Positions 14,610 through 25,326 are shown, counted from the first letter of the stretch. The stretch: 32,000 bases of DNA from an uncultured Alcaligenaceae bacterium (GCA_964517465.1 CAZFEK010000028.1:1-32000); one strand, 5' to 3'. Notes: generated by a model not told the origin, from the sequence alone. A program made the numbers and translations.

Positions 14610-15455
14610 CTAGCCCAAGTACCACTTCATCAGCGGCCGGCCCCAGAACAAGGCGAGAATTCCTGCGGCAGCGAGATAGGGTCCAAAGGGGATCGGCTGA
14701 TTGTGGTCGCCTCCGCGCAGCGCCAGCATGGTGACCGCGATGACCGCGCCGACCACCGACGAAAAGAAGATGACCACGGGTAGAACTTGCCAGCCCAGCC
14801 AGGCGCCGATGGCGCCCAGGAGCTTGAAATCGCCATATCCCATGCCTTCTTTTCCGCGCAGGAGCTTGAAGAGCCAATAAACCGTCCAGAGCGACAAATA
14901 ACCGGCCATGGCGCCGACCACGGCACTGGCCAGGTCGGTGAAAACACCGAAGACGTTGAAGAGCAGGCCAAGCCAAAGCAAAGGCAGCGTGATGTCGTCG
15001 GGCAGCAGTTGGGTGTCCAGGTCGATGAAAGTGAGGGCGATCATGGCCCAGACCAAGATCATGGCGCCGACGGCAGCCCAGCCCGGACCAAAAGCGACGG
15101 CGGCTCCCGCGGCGCCCGCTCCGGCAAGCGCTTCGACGATGGGATAACGAGCGGAAATCTGGGCCCCGCATTCGGAGCAGCGCCCGCGCAGGAAAAGATA
15201 GCTCAGAAGGGGGATGTTCTCGCCGACCGTGATCTTGTGCCCGCATGCGGGGCAGTGCGAGGCGGGCACGGCCAGGTTGAACCGTTCGGCAGCAGCGGGC
15301 TCCTTGCCGGCCAATTCCTCGCATTGCGCGGCCCATTCGCGTTCCAGCATCTTGGGCAGGCGATGAATCACCACATTGAGGAAACTGCCGATCAACAGGC
15401 CGCAAATGGCTGCGCCCAGCGCAAAAGCGCCCGGGTATAAACTCAAAAAACTCAT
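14610..15455 (-). CDS. pilD: Prepilin peptidase / N-methyltransferase (A24 family)
   Basis: There are two Cys pairs (CPACGHKI, CSECGAQI), a polytopic membrane profile and the catalytic motif GMGYGDFKLLGA. Confidence 0.9.
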   Translation of the reverse strand: MSFLSLYPGAFALGAAICGLLIGSFLNVVIHRLPKMLEREWAAQCEELAGKEPAAAERFNLAVPASHCPACGHKITVGENIPLLSYLFLRGRCSECGAQISARYPIVEALAGAGAAGAAVAFGPGWAAVGAMILVWAMIALTFIDLDTQLLPDDITLPLLWLGLLFNVFGVFTDLASAVVGAMAGYLSLWTVYWLFKLLRGKEGMGYGDFKLLGAIGAWLGWQVLPVVIFFSSVVGAVIAVTMLALRGGDHNQPIPFGPYLAAAGILALFWGRPLMKWYLG

Positions 15456-15470
15456 GCTCGCGACTTTTGG

Positions 15471-16694
15471 CTAAACCACCGCGCCGAGTTTGAAGATCGG
15501 CAGATACATGGCAATCACTAGACCGCCGATGGTCACCCCCAGCACAACCATGATCATCGGTTCGATCAGGCTGGACAGCGCCTCGATGGCGTCATCGACT
15601 TCTCGCTCGAAGAAGTCGGCGACCTTGCCGAGCATGGCATCCAAGGATCCGGATTCCTCGCCGATTTGAGTCATTTGGATGACCATGTTGGGGAAGACGT
15701 CGCGGTTTTGCATCGAAACCGTGAGACTAGTGCCGGTCGAGACTTCGGCCTGGATCTTCTTGGTCGCGTCGCGGTAGACGGCGTTACCCGACGCGCCCGC
15801 GACCGAGTCGAGCGATTCGACCAGCGGCACGCCGGCGGCGAACATCGTTTGCAGCGTCCGGCACCAGCGCGCAATGGTCGCTTTGCGCAGCACCTCTCCA
15901 ATGACGGGTATGCGCAGGGAAAGGCGATCGATCCCGTCGCGGAATTTCTGGGAAGTTCTGAAGAGGTAGATGAATCCGATCACGAAGCCGATGAGCGAGA
16001 CGGCAAAGATCCACCAGTAGTGAACTACAAAATCGGAAATCGCGATCACCATCACGGTTGGCGCGGGCAATTCGGCGCCGAAACTCGTGAAGACCTGTTT
16101 GAAGGCAGGCACCACAAAGAGCATGATCACCGCAACCACCACGAAGGCAACCACGATCACCGCGGCAGGATAAAACAGCGCCGACTTGATCTTGCTCTTG
16201 ATCGCCAGGATCTTTTCTTTGTAGGTGGCCAGGCGGTCGAGAATGGCGTCTAGCACGCCGGCCGACTCGCCTGCTGCGACGAGGTCGCAGTACAGGTTGT
16301 CGAAATACAAGGGGTGCTTGCGAAAAGCGCGGCTCAAGCTGCTGCCTGACTCTACATCGCCTTTGATCTCGAGCAGCAGGCGAGACACCCGAGGGTTGCC
16401 GTGACCTCGCGCGACGATATCAAAAGATTGCAGCAGTGGAACGCCAGCCTTCATCATGGTGGCGAGCTGGCGGGTGAAAAAGGTAATGTCCTTCTCCGAA
16501 ATCCGGCCTCCGCCTCGAAGGCTCTGTTTCTTGACCTTGAGCACCCGCACGCCCTGGCGTCGAAGCGAGGCAGTGACTACGGTCTCCGATGGTGCCCGCA
16601 GCTCGCCGCGTACCTGCTTGTTGTTGCGGTCGATGCCCTCCCAAATGTAGTTGAATTGCTTCACGTCCTTGCGGATTGCGGTCGCGGTGGCCAT
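15471..16694 (-). CDS. pilC: Type IV pilus assembly platform protein (GspF family)
   Basis: 407 aa with duplicated GspF-type repeats (FTRQLATMMKAGVPLLQS and WCRTLQTMFAAGVPLVES). It lies between pilB and pilD. Confidence 0.9.
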   Translation of the reverse strand: MATATAIRKDVKQFNYIWEGIDRNNKQVRGELRAPSETVVTASLRRQGVRVLKVKKQSLRGGGRISEKDITFFTRQLATMMKAGVPLLQSFDIVARGHGNPRVSRLLLEIKGDVESGSSLSRAFRKHPLYFDNLYCDLVAAGESAGVLDAILDRLATYKEKILAIKSKIKSALFYPAAVIVVAFVVVAVIMLFVVPAFKQVFTSFGAELPAPTVMVIAISDFVVHYWWIFAVSLIGFVIGFIYLFRTSQKFRDGIDRLSLRIPVIGEVLRKATIARWCRTLQTMFAAGVPLVESLDSVAGASGNAVYRDATKKIQAEVSTGTSLTVSMQNRDVFPNMVIQMTQIGEESGSLDAMLGKVADFFEREVDDAIEALSSLIEPMIMVVLGVTIGGLVIAMYLPIFKLGAVV

Positions 16695-16713
16695 GATTTC
16701 GTCCTAAGGCAAG

Positions 16714-18432
16714 TCAATCGTTGGTTACGGCTTCAATTTCTTCCAAGGAAGTTACCCCCGCCTTCACTTTCAAAAGGCCGGAATGTCGCAGCGTGCGTAT
16801 GCCCTCACGCCTTGCTTGATCAGAAATTTCCTTCGCATTTGCACCGCGCATGATCAAGCGACTCATTTCGTCGGTGATCGGCATGACCTCATAGATGCCG
16901 ACGCGACCCTTGTAGCCGGTCTGCTTGCAATGGTCGCAACCGACCGGACCGTAGGGTTGCCACGTTCCGTCGATGTCTTCGTGTGCGAAACCGGCCCGCA
17001 CTAGCGCTTCGTGCGGAATATCCACCGGGTGCTTGCATTGCGGGCACAGTCGCCGCGCGAGTCTTTGGGCCGAGATGAGTATGACGCTGGAAGCGACGTT
17101 GAAGGGCGCCACCCCCATGTTCATCAGACGCGTCAGCGTGGTCGCGGCATCGTTGGTGTGCAGCGTCGACAGCACGAGGTGACCTGTCTGTGCGGCCTTG
17201 ATCGCGATATCGGCAGTTTCGAGGTCGCGCACCTCGCCCACCATGATGATGTCCGGGTCTTGGCGCAGGAATGCGCGAAGCGCGAAAGCAAAGGTGAGTC
17301 CGGCTTTTTCGTTGACGTTGACTTGGTTGATTCCGGGTAAGTTGATTTCCGCCGGATCTTCGGCAGTAGAGATGTTGATGCCCGGCTCATTCAAAATATT
17401 AAGGCAGGTGTAAAGCGACACGGTTTTGCCGCTGCCGGTGGGGCCGGTCACCAGGATCATCCCGTAAGGGCGCCGAATCGCACTGAGCAGGTGTTCTCGT
17501 TGGTCCGGATCATAGCCCAGGGCTTCGATGCCCAGCATGGCGCTGCTGGAATCGAGGATACGCATCACGATTTTTTCGCCGTGCAGCGTCGGCAGGGTGC
17601 TTACCCGAAAATCGATCGATCGATTCTTGGAAAGCACCAGTTTAAGGCGTCCGTCCTGCGGCACCCGCTTCTCCGCGATGTCGAGCTTTGAAATCACCTT
17701 GATGCGCGAGGCGATCTTGTCCTTGATGACCAGCGGCGGCTGCGCCACTTCCATCAGAACGCCGTCGAGGCGGTAGCGTATGCGGTAGTATTTTTCGTAG
17801 GGTTCGAGGTGGATATCCGAGACCCCGGTGTTGATCGCATCAAGCATGACCCTTTGTAAGTACTTGACCACCGGCGCATCGTCTACATCCACGGCCTCAT
17901 CTTCGGCGGCAGCAGGTTGTGCATCTTCCTGCAAGTCCACTTCCAAGTCGTCGTTGGAGACGAGGGAAGACATACTGGTGTCGCCGGCCTCGATCACCTT
18001 GTTGATGGCAGCGCCGAGCTTGTCGTCCTCGACCACGATGGGATCCACCACCAGATTGGTCTTGAAGCGGACTTCCTCCAAGCCTTGCAGATTGGTGGGG
18101 TCCGAAACGGCTACGAAGATTCGGTTGGCCCGTTTGAAAAGCGGCAATAAGCGCCGCGTGGCGATCGTCTTCGGATCCACCACGTCTTTGGGAATCTGCT
18201 CGATCTCAAAGGACTTGAGGTCAAGCAAGGGAACGCCGAAAGTTCGGGCCGCAAATGCGGCCAGCTGAGGGGCCGTAGTCCGCTTGGCCAAAAGGATCTG
18301 CTCGACGAAGCTGATACGCGAAGCGTTGGCCTGATTTTGCAGGTTTTCGGCGTCGGTTTCGGTCAACATCCCCTGCTGGACGAGGGCGCGAGCCAAGCCA
18401 CTGACACGTTGTGATGCAGAGGTCGTCGCCAT
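16714..18432 (-). CDS. pilB: Type IV pilus assembly ATPase (GspE family)
   Basis: Walker A is GPTGSGKT. The motif DPDIIMVGEVRD and the tetracysteine motif CPQC...CDHC are present, along with a T2SSE N-terminal domain. Confidence 0.92.
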   Translation of the reverse strand: MATTSASQRVSGLARALVQQGMLTETDAENLQNQANASRISFVEQILLAKRTTAPQLAAFAARTFGVPLLDLKSFEIEQIPKDVVDPKTIATRRLLPLFKRANRIFVAVSDPTNLQGLEEVRFKTNLVVDPIVVEDDKLGAAINKVIEAGDTSMSSLVSNDDLEVDLQEDAQPAAAEDEAVDVDDAPVVKYLQRVMLDAINTGVSDIHLEPYEKYYRIRYRLDGVLMEVAQPPLVIKDKIASRIKVISKLDIAEKRVPQDGRLKLVLSKNRSIDFRVSTLPTLHGEKIVMRILDSSSAMLGIEALGYDPDQREHLLSAIRRPYGMILVTGPTGSGKTVSLYTCLNILNEPGINISTAEDPAEINLPGINQVNVNEKAGLTFAFALRAFLRQDPDIIMVGEVRDLETADIAIKAAQTGHLVLSTLHTNDAATTLTRLMNMGVAPFNVASSVILISAQRLARRLCPQCKHPVDIPHEALVRAGFAHEDIDGTWQPYGPVGCDHCKQTGYKGRVGIYEVMPITDEMSRLIMRGANAKEISDQARREGIRTLRHSGLLKVKAGVTSLEEIEAVTND

Positions 18433-18581
18433 GCTGTCGCGGGGTTATTCCGGATGAATAAACACTGTAATTTTCATGATGCCTGCTGGAATTCCTTTTG
18501 TAAAGCCATTGGCGACCCGGCAGGACGGGTCGTGCGCGAGCCTGAGAGGGCCTTTCGCCCGCTTGCGGAAGTGCAAAATCA

Positions 18582-19868
18582 TCACGTTTGCCCGGGTGAG
18601 ATCGCCCGGGTTGCCGGGTGCAGGCGAACGACTTTGACCGCCTTGTCCTGAACCTGCACGATATCTAGCACCACGCCATGCAGTTTGACGCTTACGCCAG
18701 CCTCAGGAATTTCGCCGAAATGATCGAGCAACAAGCCGTTGAGCGTTCTGGGCCCTTCCAGCGGAAAGGTCGTGGCAAGCTTGCGATTCAGAACCCGCAA
18801 GTTGGTGCTTCCCGGCACCAGCAGGCTGCCATCGGTATCACGTCGCAAGCCGTCGGCGGCACTGGGCGCCGAAGTGGTAAATTCACCGATGATTTCTTCC
18901 AGGATGTCCTCCAAGGTGACCAAACCAAGGATCTCACCATATTCGTCGACCACCAGCCCCATGCGCTGCTGGTTTTCCTGGAAGGCCTGCATCTGCGCGA
19001 GTATGGGCGTCCCCGAGGGGATGAAATAGGCCGGGCGAAGAATCGAGCGCAAACCTTCCTGGCTGATCTTTTCACTCGAAAGCAAGCTCAGCACCTGGCG
19101 CACGTGTAATACCCCCAGAACATCGTCGAACTGGCCTTCGAACACCGGCAGACGCGTGTGATAGCTGGTGGCGAGCTGCTCGCGCAAAGTGTCCTCATCG
19201 TCATTCAAATCGATCGCTTCCACTTGGCTGCGAGGGGCCATCAAGTCGTCGACCGTGATCTTCTCGAGGTCAAAAAGATTCACCAGGATACTGTGGTGCT
19301 TGTCCGGAAGGATGCGCTTGCCTTCCAGAACAAGCGATCGAAGCTCCTCGCGGGTGAGCGTGGGGGTCGTGTCTGACTTGAGGCGCAATCCCAGCAGGAC
19401 GAGCAGACCTTGGACGAAAAGGTTCACGAACCAGACGATGGGCGTGCATAGCCGCAACAGCGGGGCAAGCACATAACTCACCAGCGGCGCCAGCCGATCG
19501 GCGTGGTTGGCGGCGACGACTTTGGGGGTGATCTCCGAAAAGACCAGAATCAAGAAAGTAATGACCAGGGTGCCGCCGGCGAGCGCGAATTTCCCTTCGC
19601 CAAAAAACCTCACGCTCAAATAGGCCGTCAGCGTGGCCGCTCCGGCGTTGACCAGGTTGTTGGCCAGCAAGATCACGCCGAGCAGGCGCTCGGTGCTGGA
19701 CAGAAGTGCCAGGGCGCGTTTGGCGCCGCCGCTGCCTTGTTCGGCCTGATGTTTCAAACGGTGCCGGTTCGCCGCGATGAGTGCGGTCTCCGACATCGAG
19801 AAGAAGGCCGACAGCAGAAGCAGCACGGCCAGCGCACCCAGCAGAACCGGCAAGCCTAGCTCATCCAT
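18582..19868 (-). CDS. CNNM/DUF21-CBS-CorC_HlyC family membrane protein (YfjD-like)
   Basis: 428 aa with N-terminal TM helices, a central CBS pair and a C-terminal CorC/HlyC transporter-associated domain. Its position next to ypjD/ffh matches E. coli. Confidence 0.82.
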   Translation of the reverse strand: MDELGLPVLLGALAVLLLLSAFFSMSETALIAANRHRLKHQAEQGSGGAKRALALLSSTERLLGVILLANNLVNAGAATLTAYLSVRFFGEGKFALAGGTLVITFLILVFSEITPKVVAANHADRLAPLVSYVLAPLLRLCTPIVWFVNLFVQGLLVLLGLRLKSDTTPTLTREELRSLVLEGKRILPDKHHSILVNLFDLEKITVDDLMAPRSQVEAIDLNDDEDTLREQLATSYHTRLPVFEGQFDDVLGVLHVRQVLSLLSSEKISQEGLRSILRPAYFIPSGTPILAQMQAFQENQQRMGLVVDEYGEILGLVTLEDILEEIIGEFTTSAPSAADGLRRDTDGSLLVPGSTNLRVLNRKLATTFPLEGPRTLNGLLLDHFGEIPEAGVSVKLHGVVLDIVQVQDKAVKVVRLHPATRAISPGQT

Positions 19869-19921
19869 GGCTTAACCGTGCATGGCAAAGCGCCCTCGCT
19901 CGGGACGGTAGGCGAGCAAAC

Positions 19922-20746
19922 TCATCGCCCCAGCAGGATCTCGGCCACGAATTTCGCGCCGAAATACGCTAGCAGCAGCATGAAGGTTCCCGCCACCACC
20001 CACCAAAGCGCGGTGCGGCCGCGCCAGCCGAAGCGTTGCCGGCCAAACAGCAGACCGGCAAACACCAGCCAGGCGAGAATGCTGAACAGCACATGATGGT
20101 TGAGGCGCAGCGGCTTTTGAAACAAGAGGTCGGAAAAAAGCATGCCGCTCACCACGGTGATGGTGAGGAGCAAAAATGCAAGCGCGATCTGGCGGAAGAG
20201 CGCCCGTTCCATGGTCAGCAGCGGCGGTATCGCCTGGGTGAGCAAATTGCTGCCGCCTTGATGCAAGCGCCGGTCCACCATCATGAGCAACACCGCCTGT
20301 ACTGCGGCGACCAGAAACAAGCCGTAAGCCAGCAGTGCGATGACGATGTGCATCGCCGCCAGAACCTGATCGGCGTAAGAAAGCCAGCGCGGGGCAAGCG
20401 GAATGGTGCTGAGCACGCATGCCGCCGCGGTGACCGGCAAGACCATGGCGGACAACCCGGGCTGCTGCCGAATCAGGCTCCCAAGCCAATAGAGCACGGT
20501 GGCGAGCCACGCCACTACCGCAATGGCGTTGGTGAAGTTGATGTTGATTCCGGCGGCTCCGAGAACGGTATGGAATAGGAGCAGCCCGTGTATGACGAGC
20601 AGCAGCGGTAGCAGGAAGCGCTCCAGCTCGTACATCCAGGTCGGGCTGCCCGGGCTGCGCACGGCCCACAAGCGCCGCCAGCCGATCACCGCCAGGGCGG
20701 CATAGGCGAAGGCGAGGAGGATATAAGGTACAATCAACGGCTGCAT
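19922..20746 (-). CDS. CcsA-related cytochrome c assembly family inner-membrane protein (YpjD-like)
   Basis: 274 aa and polytopic. It is divergent from ffh, as ypjD is in E. coli. The assignment is mainly by synteny and hydrophobic profile. Confidence 0.7.
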   Translation of the reverse strand: MQPLIVPYILLAFAYAALAVIGWRRLWAVRSPGSPTWMYELERFLLPLLLVIHGLLLFHTVLGAAGININFTNAIAVVAWLATVLYWLGSLIRQQPGLSAMVLPVTAAACVLSTIPLAPRWLSYADQVLAAMHIVIALLAYGLFLVAAVQAVLLMMVDRRLHQGGSNLLTQAIPPLLTMERALFRQIALAFLLLTITVVSGMLFSDLLFQKPLRLNHHVLFSILAWLVFAGLLFGRQRFGWRGRTALWWVVAGTFMLLLAYFGAKFVAEILLGR

Positions 20747-20791
20747 CGCTGGCTCCGAGCCAGTTTATACCATTCTTTTTCGTTCCCGCCC

Positions 20792-22138
20792 ATGCTCGAA
20801 AATCTCACGCAACGCCTCTCTGGCGTGATCAAAACCCTGCGTGGCGAGGCCCGGCTCACCGAGGGCAATGTTCAGGACGCGCTGCGCGAAGTGCGCCTGG
20901 CCCTGCTCGAAGCCGATGTCGCGCTGCCGGTGGTCAAAGACTTCATCAACCGGGTGAAGGAGAAGGCGCTCGGGGAAGCCGTGATTGGTTCGCTGACGCC
21001 GGGACAGGCCTTGATCGGCGTGGTGCATCGCGAGCTTACCGCCACCATGGGCGGGGAGGCGGTCGAGCTCAACCTGGCGACGACACCTCCGGCAGTGATT
21101 CTGATGGCCGGCCTGCAGGGGGCGGGCAAGACCACTACCGTGGGCAAGCTGGCCAAGCGCTTGCGGGAGCAAAAGAAGAAAGTGCTGGTGGTCAGCTGCG
21201 ACGTCTATCGCCCAGCCGCCATCGCCCAGTTGCAGACCGTGGCCGAACAAAGCGGGGCCGATTTCTTTCCGTCCTCGGTAGGCCAAAAGCCGGTGGAAAT
21301 TGCGCTTGCCGCAGTCGACTACGCCCGCAAGCATTATCATGAAGTGCTCTTGGTGGACACCGCCGGACGGCTCGCCATCGACGAAGCGATGATGCGTGAA
21401 ATTGCCGAGCTTCACGCGGCCCTGAAGCCGATTGAAACCCTTTTCGTCGTCGACGCCATGCAAGGCCAGGATGCGGTCAATACCGCCCGGGCGTTCAAGG
21501 AAACGCTGCCGCTCACCGGCGTCATCCTCACCAAGCTCGACGGCGATGCTCGGGGCGGCGCCGCGCTGTCGGTTCGCGCCGTGACCGGCGCTCCGGTGAA
21601 ATTTGCCGGCGTGGGCGAAAAGCTCGGCGGCCTGGAGGTTTTTCATCCGGAACGCATGGCCTCGCGCATCCTGGGCATGGGCGACGTGTTGTCGCTGATC
21701 GAGGATGCCAGGAAAAGCGTCGACGTGGCCGAGGCGGAGAAGCTTGCGCGCAAAGTCAAATCCGGCAAGGGCTTCGACCTCGATGATTTCAAAGCGCAGA
21801 TCGGTCAAATGCGGAAAATGGGGGGGCTGCAAGGCCTGCTGGACAAGCTTCCGGCGCAATTCGCGCAGGCTGCCCAGGGAGGACAAGTAGACGATAGGGC
21901 GGTGTCGCGCCTGGAGGGCATCATCAATTCCATGACTCCCGGCGAGCGCGCCAAGCCTGAGCTCATCAAAGCCTCGAGAAAGCGCCGCATCGCGGCCGGC
22001 GCCGGGGTGTCGGTGCAGGAAGTGAACCGCTTGCTCAATCAATTCGAGCAAAGCCAAAAAATGATGAAAATGATGGCGAAGGGCGGCATGCAAAAGCTCA
22101 TGCGGGGCATGAAGGGCATGCTGCCCGGGTTGCGCTAG
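20792..22138 (+). CDS. ffh: Signal recognition particle protein Ffh
   Basis: The N-terminus is [48 protein letters not shown]. GTPase motifs [15 protein letters not shown] and [10 protein letters not shown] are present, with a Met-rich M domain. Confidence 0.95.
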   Translation: MLENLTQRLSGVIKTLRGEARLTEGNVQDALREVRLALLEADVALPVVKDFINRVKEKALGEAVIGSLTPGQALIGVVHRELTATMGGEAVELNLATTPPAVILMAGLQGAGKTTTVGKLAKRLREQKKKVLVVSCDVYRPAAIAQLQTVAEQSGADFFPSSVGQKPVEIALAAVDYARKHYHEVLLVDTAGRLAIDEAMMREIAELHAALKPIETLFVVDAMQGQDAVNTARAFKETLPLTGVILTKLDGDARGGAALSVRAVTGAPVKFAGVGEKLGGLEVFHPERMASRILGMGDVLSLIEDARKSVDVAEAEKLARKVKSGKGFDLDDFKAQIGQMRKMGGLQGLLDKLPAQFAQAAQGGQVDDRAVSRLEGIINSMTPGERAKPELIKASRKRRIAAGAGVSVQEVNRLLNQFEQSQKMMKMMAKGGMQKLMRGMKGMLPGLR

Positions 22139-22219
22139 GTCCAAGAAGCTTCGCTTGGGCGATTTCGGCCAAGGCCTCCCGCTGCCCGGATGGTTTCGGG
22201 AAATCGGGAAACATCCGAG

Positions 22220-22249
22220 TTGGCAGGCGATTGATTTTCGGGCTATAAT
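22220..22249 (+). promoter_or_regulatory. Sigma70-type promoter of the rpsP-rimM-trmD-rplS operon
   Basis: TTGGCA (22220-22225), an 18-nt spacer, then a perfect TATAAT (22244-22249), 37 nt upstream of the rpsP ATG. Confidence 0.55.
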
Positions 22250-22286
22250 TCCAGTCTTTTTTCGACTCGATTTCAGGTTCCCAGAA

Positions 22287-22553
22287 ATGGTTGTCATTCG
22301 GCTTGCTCGTGGCGGCGCCAAGAAGCGCCCGTTTTTTAATGTGGTCGTTGCGGACTCGCACAACCGGCGGGATGGCCGGTTCATCGAGCGCGTAGGCTTC
22401 TACAATCCCATCGCTCGTGATTCGGAAGAGGGCCTGCGCCTCGCACTCGATCGCATCGACTATTGGCGCAAAAACGGCGCCCAGGTTTCCGAGACCGTGG
22501 AGATGCTGGTCAAGAAGGCTGGCAAGCAGGTTGCAGCGCCCGCCCAGGCCTGA
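22287..22553 (+). CDS. rpsP: 30S ribosomal protein S16
   Basis: The internal ATG at 22287 gives [41 protein letters not shown], 88 aa. Confidence 0.95.
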   Translation: MVVIRLARGGAKKRPFFNVVVADSHNRRDGRFIERVGFYNPIARDSEEGLRLALDRIDYWRKNGAQVSETVEMLVKKAGKQVAAPAQA

Positions 22554-22575
22554 CCAGGCGCCCCGTCTGCTCGTC

Positions 22576-23082
22576 ATGGGGCAGGTCGTTGGCGCTTACG
22601 GGGTTCAGGGCTGGCTGCACCTTCGCTCGTTTGCCCAAGACGAGGAGAGCCTGCTGAGCCAAAGCCATTGGTGGCTGGCTCCCGCGGGCACGCCAGAAGA
22701 ATCCGGTGATCGCTGGCGCTCTCGCGAGGTGCTGGAAGCGCGGGTTCACGGCAAGGCCCTGGTAGCGCATTTGGCGGGGGTGCCGGATCGCGAGGCGGCC
22801 GCCCGGATGCGCGGCACGCTGGTAGCGGTGCCGAAAGACAGTCTGCCGCCGGCGAGTAAAGGCGAGTATTTCTGGGCGGACCTGATCGGTCTGGCGGTAG
22901 TCAACCTCCGCGGCGAGGCCCTCGGCCAAGTGGCCGGATTGTTGGAGACTGGCGCGCATGATGTGCTGCGCGTCGCCGGCGCGGACGGAAAGGAAAGGCT
23001 CATCCCCTTCGTTGCGGCCTATGTCGGGGAGGTGGACCCTGACGCAGGAAAAATCGTGGTCGACTGGGAACTCGACTACTGA
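22576..23082 (+). CDS. rimM: 16S rRNA processing protein RimM
   Basis: The sequences GQVVGAYGVQGWLHLRSF and EYFWADLIGLAVVN...ETGAHDVL are present. An in-frame TTG at 22531, inside the rpsP 3' end, would give an N-terminal length closer to E. coli RimM, so the start is uncertain. Confidence 0.88.
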   Translation: MGQVVGAYGVQGWLHLRSFAQDEESLLSQSHWWLAPAGTPEESGDRWRSREVLEARVHGKALVAHLAGVPDREAAARMRGTLVAVPKDSLPPASKGEYFWADLIGLAVVNLRGEALGQVAGLLETGAHDVLRVAGADGKERLIPFVAAYVGEVDPDAGKIVVDWELDY

Positions 23083-23103
23083 ACCGTGAAGTGGAGACGC
23101 GGC

Positions 23104-23865
23104 ATGCGCATCGACGTAGTGACGCTGTTTCCGGAAATGGTCTATGACGCTGCGCGCTGGGGTGTGACCGGGCGCGCACTGGAGTTGAATCGGTGGCAGC
23201 TGGCCTGCTGGAATCCGCGGGATTTCGCCAGCGACAACTACCGCAGCGTGGATGACCGCCCCTACGGAGGCGGGCCGGGAATGGTAATGCTGGCCGAACC
23301 GCTAGGCCGGGCGGTGGCCGCAGCGCGATGCGCGCAGTGGGCCAACTGCGGCGGCGCGGGGAAGCTGGTGTATCTTTCGCCGCAGGGCCGGCAATTGGAC
23401 CATCGCCTGGTGATGGATTGGGTTCGAGAACCGGGGTTGATCCTGCTGGCCGGGCGTTACGAGGGTATCGACGAACGATTTCTGAAGCGCGAAGTTGATG
23501 CCGAAGTCTCCTTGGGCGACTATGTGCTTTCGGGGGGCGAGTTGCCCGCGCTGGTGCTGATCGATGCCCTGGTGCGGCAAATGCCCGGCGTGTTGAATGA
23601 TGCCGAATCCGCGGTTCAGGAGTCTTTCGTCGCGGGGCTTTTGGATCACCCGCAGTTCACCCGCCCGGAGGTGTATGGCGGAGAGGCAGTTCCGGCGGTA
23701 TTGTTGTCCGGGCACCACCGCGAGATCGCGCGCTGGCGATTGAAGCAAGCGCTGGGGAGAACCTGGCAAAGGCGCCCGGAGTTGATCGAGTCGCGGCAAT
23801 TGAGCCGTGAGGAAACGCAGTTGCTGGAAGAGTTCCGGCGCGAAACGAAACCGGATTTGAGCTAA
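23104..23865 (+). CDS. trmD: tRNA (guanine37-N1)-methyltransferase
   Basis: ATG at 23104 with GGAG 8 nt upstream. Motifs are [49 protein letters not shown] and [14 protein letters not shown]. Confidence 0.93.
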   Translation: MRIDVVTLFPEMVYDAARWGVTGRALELNRWQLACWNPRDFASDNYRSVDDRPYGGGPGMVMLAEPLGRAVAAARCAQWANCGGAGKLVYLSPQGRQLDHRLVMDWVREPGLILLAGRYEGIDERFLKREVDAEVSLGDYVLSGGELPALVLIDALVRQMPGVLNDAESAVQESFVAGLLDHPQFTRPEVYGGEAVPAVLLSGHHREIARWRLKQALGRTWQRRPELIESRQLSREETQLLEEFRRETKPDLS

Positions 23866-23969
23866 GTAGTGGGCCGGATGGTTTGCCGGCAATCAACAAA
23901 CGGCGGTATCAGGCGGCGGCCTGCTCTGCCCCCAAGGCCAAGAGCCATATTTTGGAAAGGAAATACGCT

Positions 23970-24332
23970 ATGAACCTGATTCAACAAATCGAGCAGGAAG
24001 AAATCGCCCGCCTGGGCAAGACCGTTCCTGAATTTGCGCCGGGCGACACGGTGGTAGTGAATGTCAAAGTGGTCGAAGGAGACCGCAAGCGTGTCCAGGC
24101 TTATGAGGGGGTGGTCATTGCCAAGCGCAATCGCGGCTTGAATTCCTCTTTCATCGTGCGCAAGGTTTCCAGCGGCGAAGGGGTCGAACGCACCTTCCAA
24201 ACCTATTCCCCGATGATCGACAGCATCGAAGTCAAGCGCAAGGGCGATGTGCGCCGCGCCAAGCTCTACTTCTTGCGCGAGCGTTCCGGCAAGTCGGCCC
24301 GGATCAAAGAAAAACTCGAGCACAAGAAATAA
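23970..24332 (+). CDS. rplS: 50S ribosomal protein L19
   Basis: The internal ATG at 23970 gives [51 protein letters not shown], 120 aa. Confidence 0.95.
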   Translation: MNLIQQIEQEEIARLGKTVPEFAPGDTVVVNVKVVEGDRKRVQAYEGVVIAKRNRGLNSSFIVRKVSSGEGVERTFQTYSPMIDSIEVKRKGDVRRAKLYFLRERSGKSARIKEKLEHKK

Positions 24333-24356
24333 CACTCCGGCAGCTTACCGCCTTCC

Positions 24357-24385
24357 AAAAAAGCGGCCCGCAGGCCGCTTTTTTT
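24357..24385. terminator. Bidirectional rho-independent terminator between convergent rplS and rsmI
   Basis: AAAAAAGCGGCC-CGCA-GGCCGCTTTTTTT. The 7-bp stem is 24362-24368/24373-24379 with a 4-nt loop. It is flanked by an A6 run on one side and a T7 run on the other. Confidence 0.85.
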
Positions 24386-24438
24386 GATCGAATCAGCAAC
24401 CGCGCCGATCCAAGCGGGGCAAGGGCATTCACCCCGAT

Positions 24439-25326
24439 TCAGCGTTTCTTCGTTTGGCGCGCTTCGATTCCCGTTGCGTGTTCGTAGAGCACCTGCCGGG
24501 GCACGCCGGTGATTTTTGCGGCAAGCTTGGCGGCGCGTGTCGGCGGCAGTTCGTCGAGCAGCAGGCGCAGAATTTCCTCGGCGCGGGCATCGAGCACTTG
24601 GGCCGGCGTTTCAGTTGCGGCTTCGACGATGAGGACAAATTCTCCGCGCTGACGGTTCGCGTCTGCCTCCAGCCAATCCGGCGCCTCGCCCAGCTTGCAG
24701 CGATGCACTTGCTCGAAGAGTTTGGTGAGCTCCCGGGCGATAACCACCGGGCGCTGGGCGCCCAGCACCGCGGCGAGATCGGCGAGGCAGGCGGCGACAC
24801 GATGCGGGGCCTCGTAGAGCACCAGGGGCAAACCCAATCGATCGAGCGCTGCGACGCGCTGCCGGCGTGCTGCCGTCTGGGTCGGAAGGAAGCCGGCAAA
24901 AACGAAGCTCGTTTCACCTTGTCCGGCAACCGACCACGCTGCGGCGAGTGCCGACGGGCCGGGTACCGGAACCACCGGAAAGCCGGCTGCCCGCACCGCC
25001 GCCACCAGATGTCCGCCGGGGTCGCTCAGCGCCGGTGTGCCGGCATCGGTGACCAGGGCGATTTGCTCGCCCTGGGCAAGATATGCGATCACTTTGGCGC
25101 TGGCGGCGCGCTCGTTGTGCTGATGGAGCGCAAAACAGGGGGTGCGCAAGCCGAAATGAGCCAAAAGGCGCGCGCTGTCGCGGGTGTCTTCCGCGGCGAC
25201 GCGGTCGACCATGGCAAGCGTGTCCAAGGCGCGCTGCGTGATATCGCGCAGATTTCCGAGCGGCGTCGCCAGCACATATAATGTGCCTTTCGCGGCCGTA
25301 GCGGGCGGATCATGAGGGCGGGTCAT
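24439..25326 (-). CDS. rsmI: 16S rRNA (cytidine1402-2'-O)-methyltransferase
   Basis: The sequence GTLYVLATPLGNLRDITQRALDTLAMVDRVAAEDTR resembles E. coli RsmI. The second ATG (25326) gives an N-terminal length like E. coli, while the listed ORF starts at 25359. Confidence 0.9.
   Translation of the reverse strand: MTRPHDPPATAAKGTLYVLATPLGNLRDITQRALDTLAMVDRVAAEDTRDSARLLAHFGLRTPCFALHQHNERAASAKVIAYLAQGEQIALVTDAGTPALSDPGGHLVAAVRAAGFPVVPVPGPSALAAAWSVAGQGETSFVFAGFLPTQTAARRQRVAALDRLGLPLVLYEAPHRVAACLADLAAVLGAQRPVVIARELTKLFEQVHRCKLGEAPDWLEADANRQRGEFVLIVEAATETPAQVLDARAEEILRLLLDELPPTRAAKLAAKITGVPRQVLYEHATGIEARQTKKR

Noticed and set aside
18512-18531. Hairpin CGACCCG-N6-CGGGTCG downstream of the yfjD-like gene, as a possible terminator.
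   Set aside because: No U-run follows it on the relevant (minus) strand. It is kept only as a possible weak structure in the AT-richer pilB upstream region and is not called as a feature.
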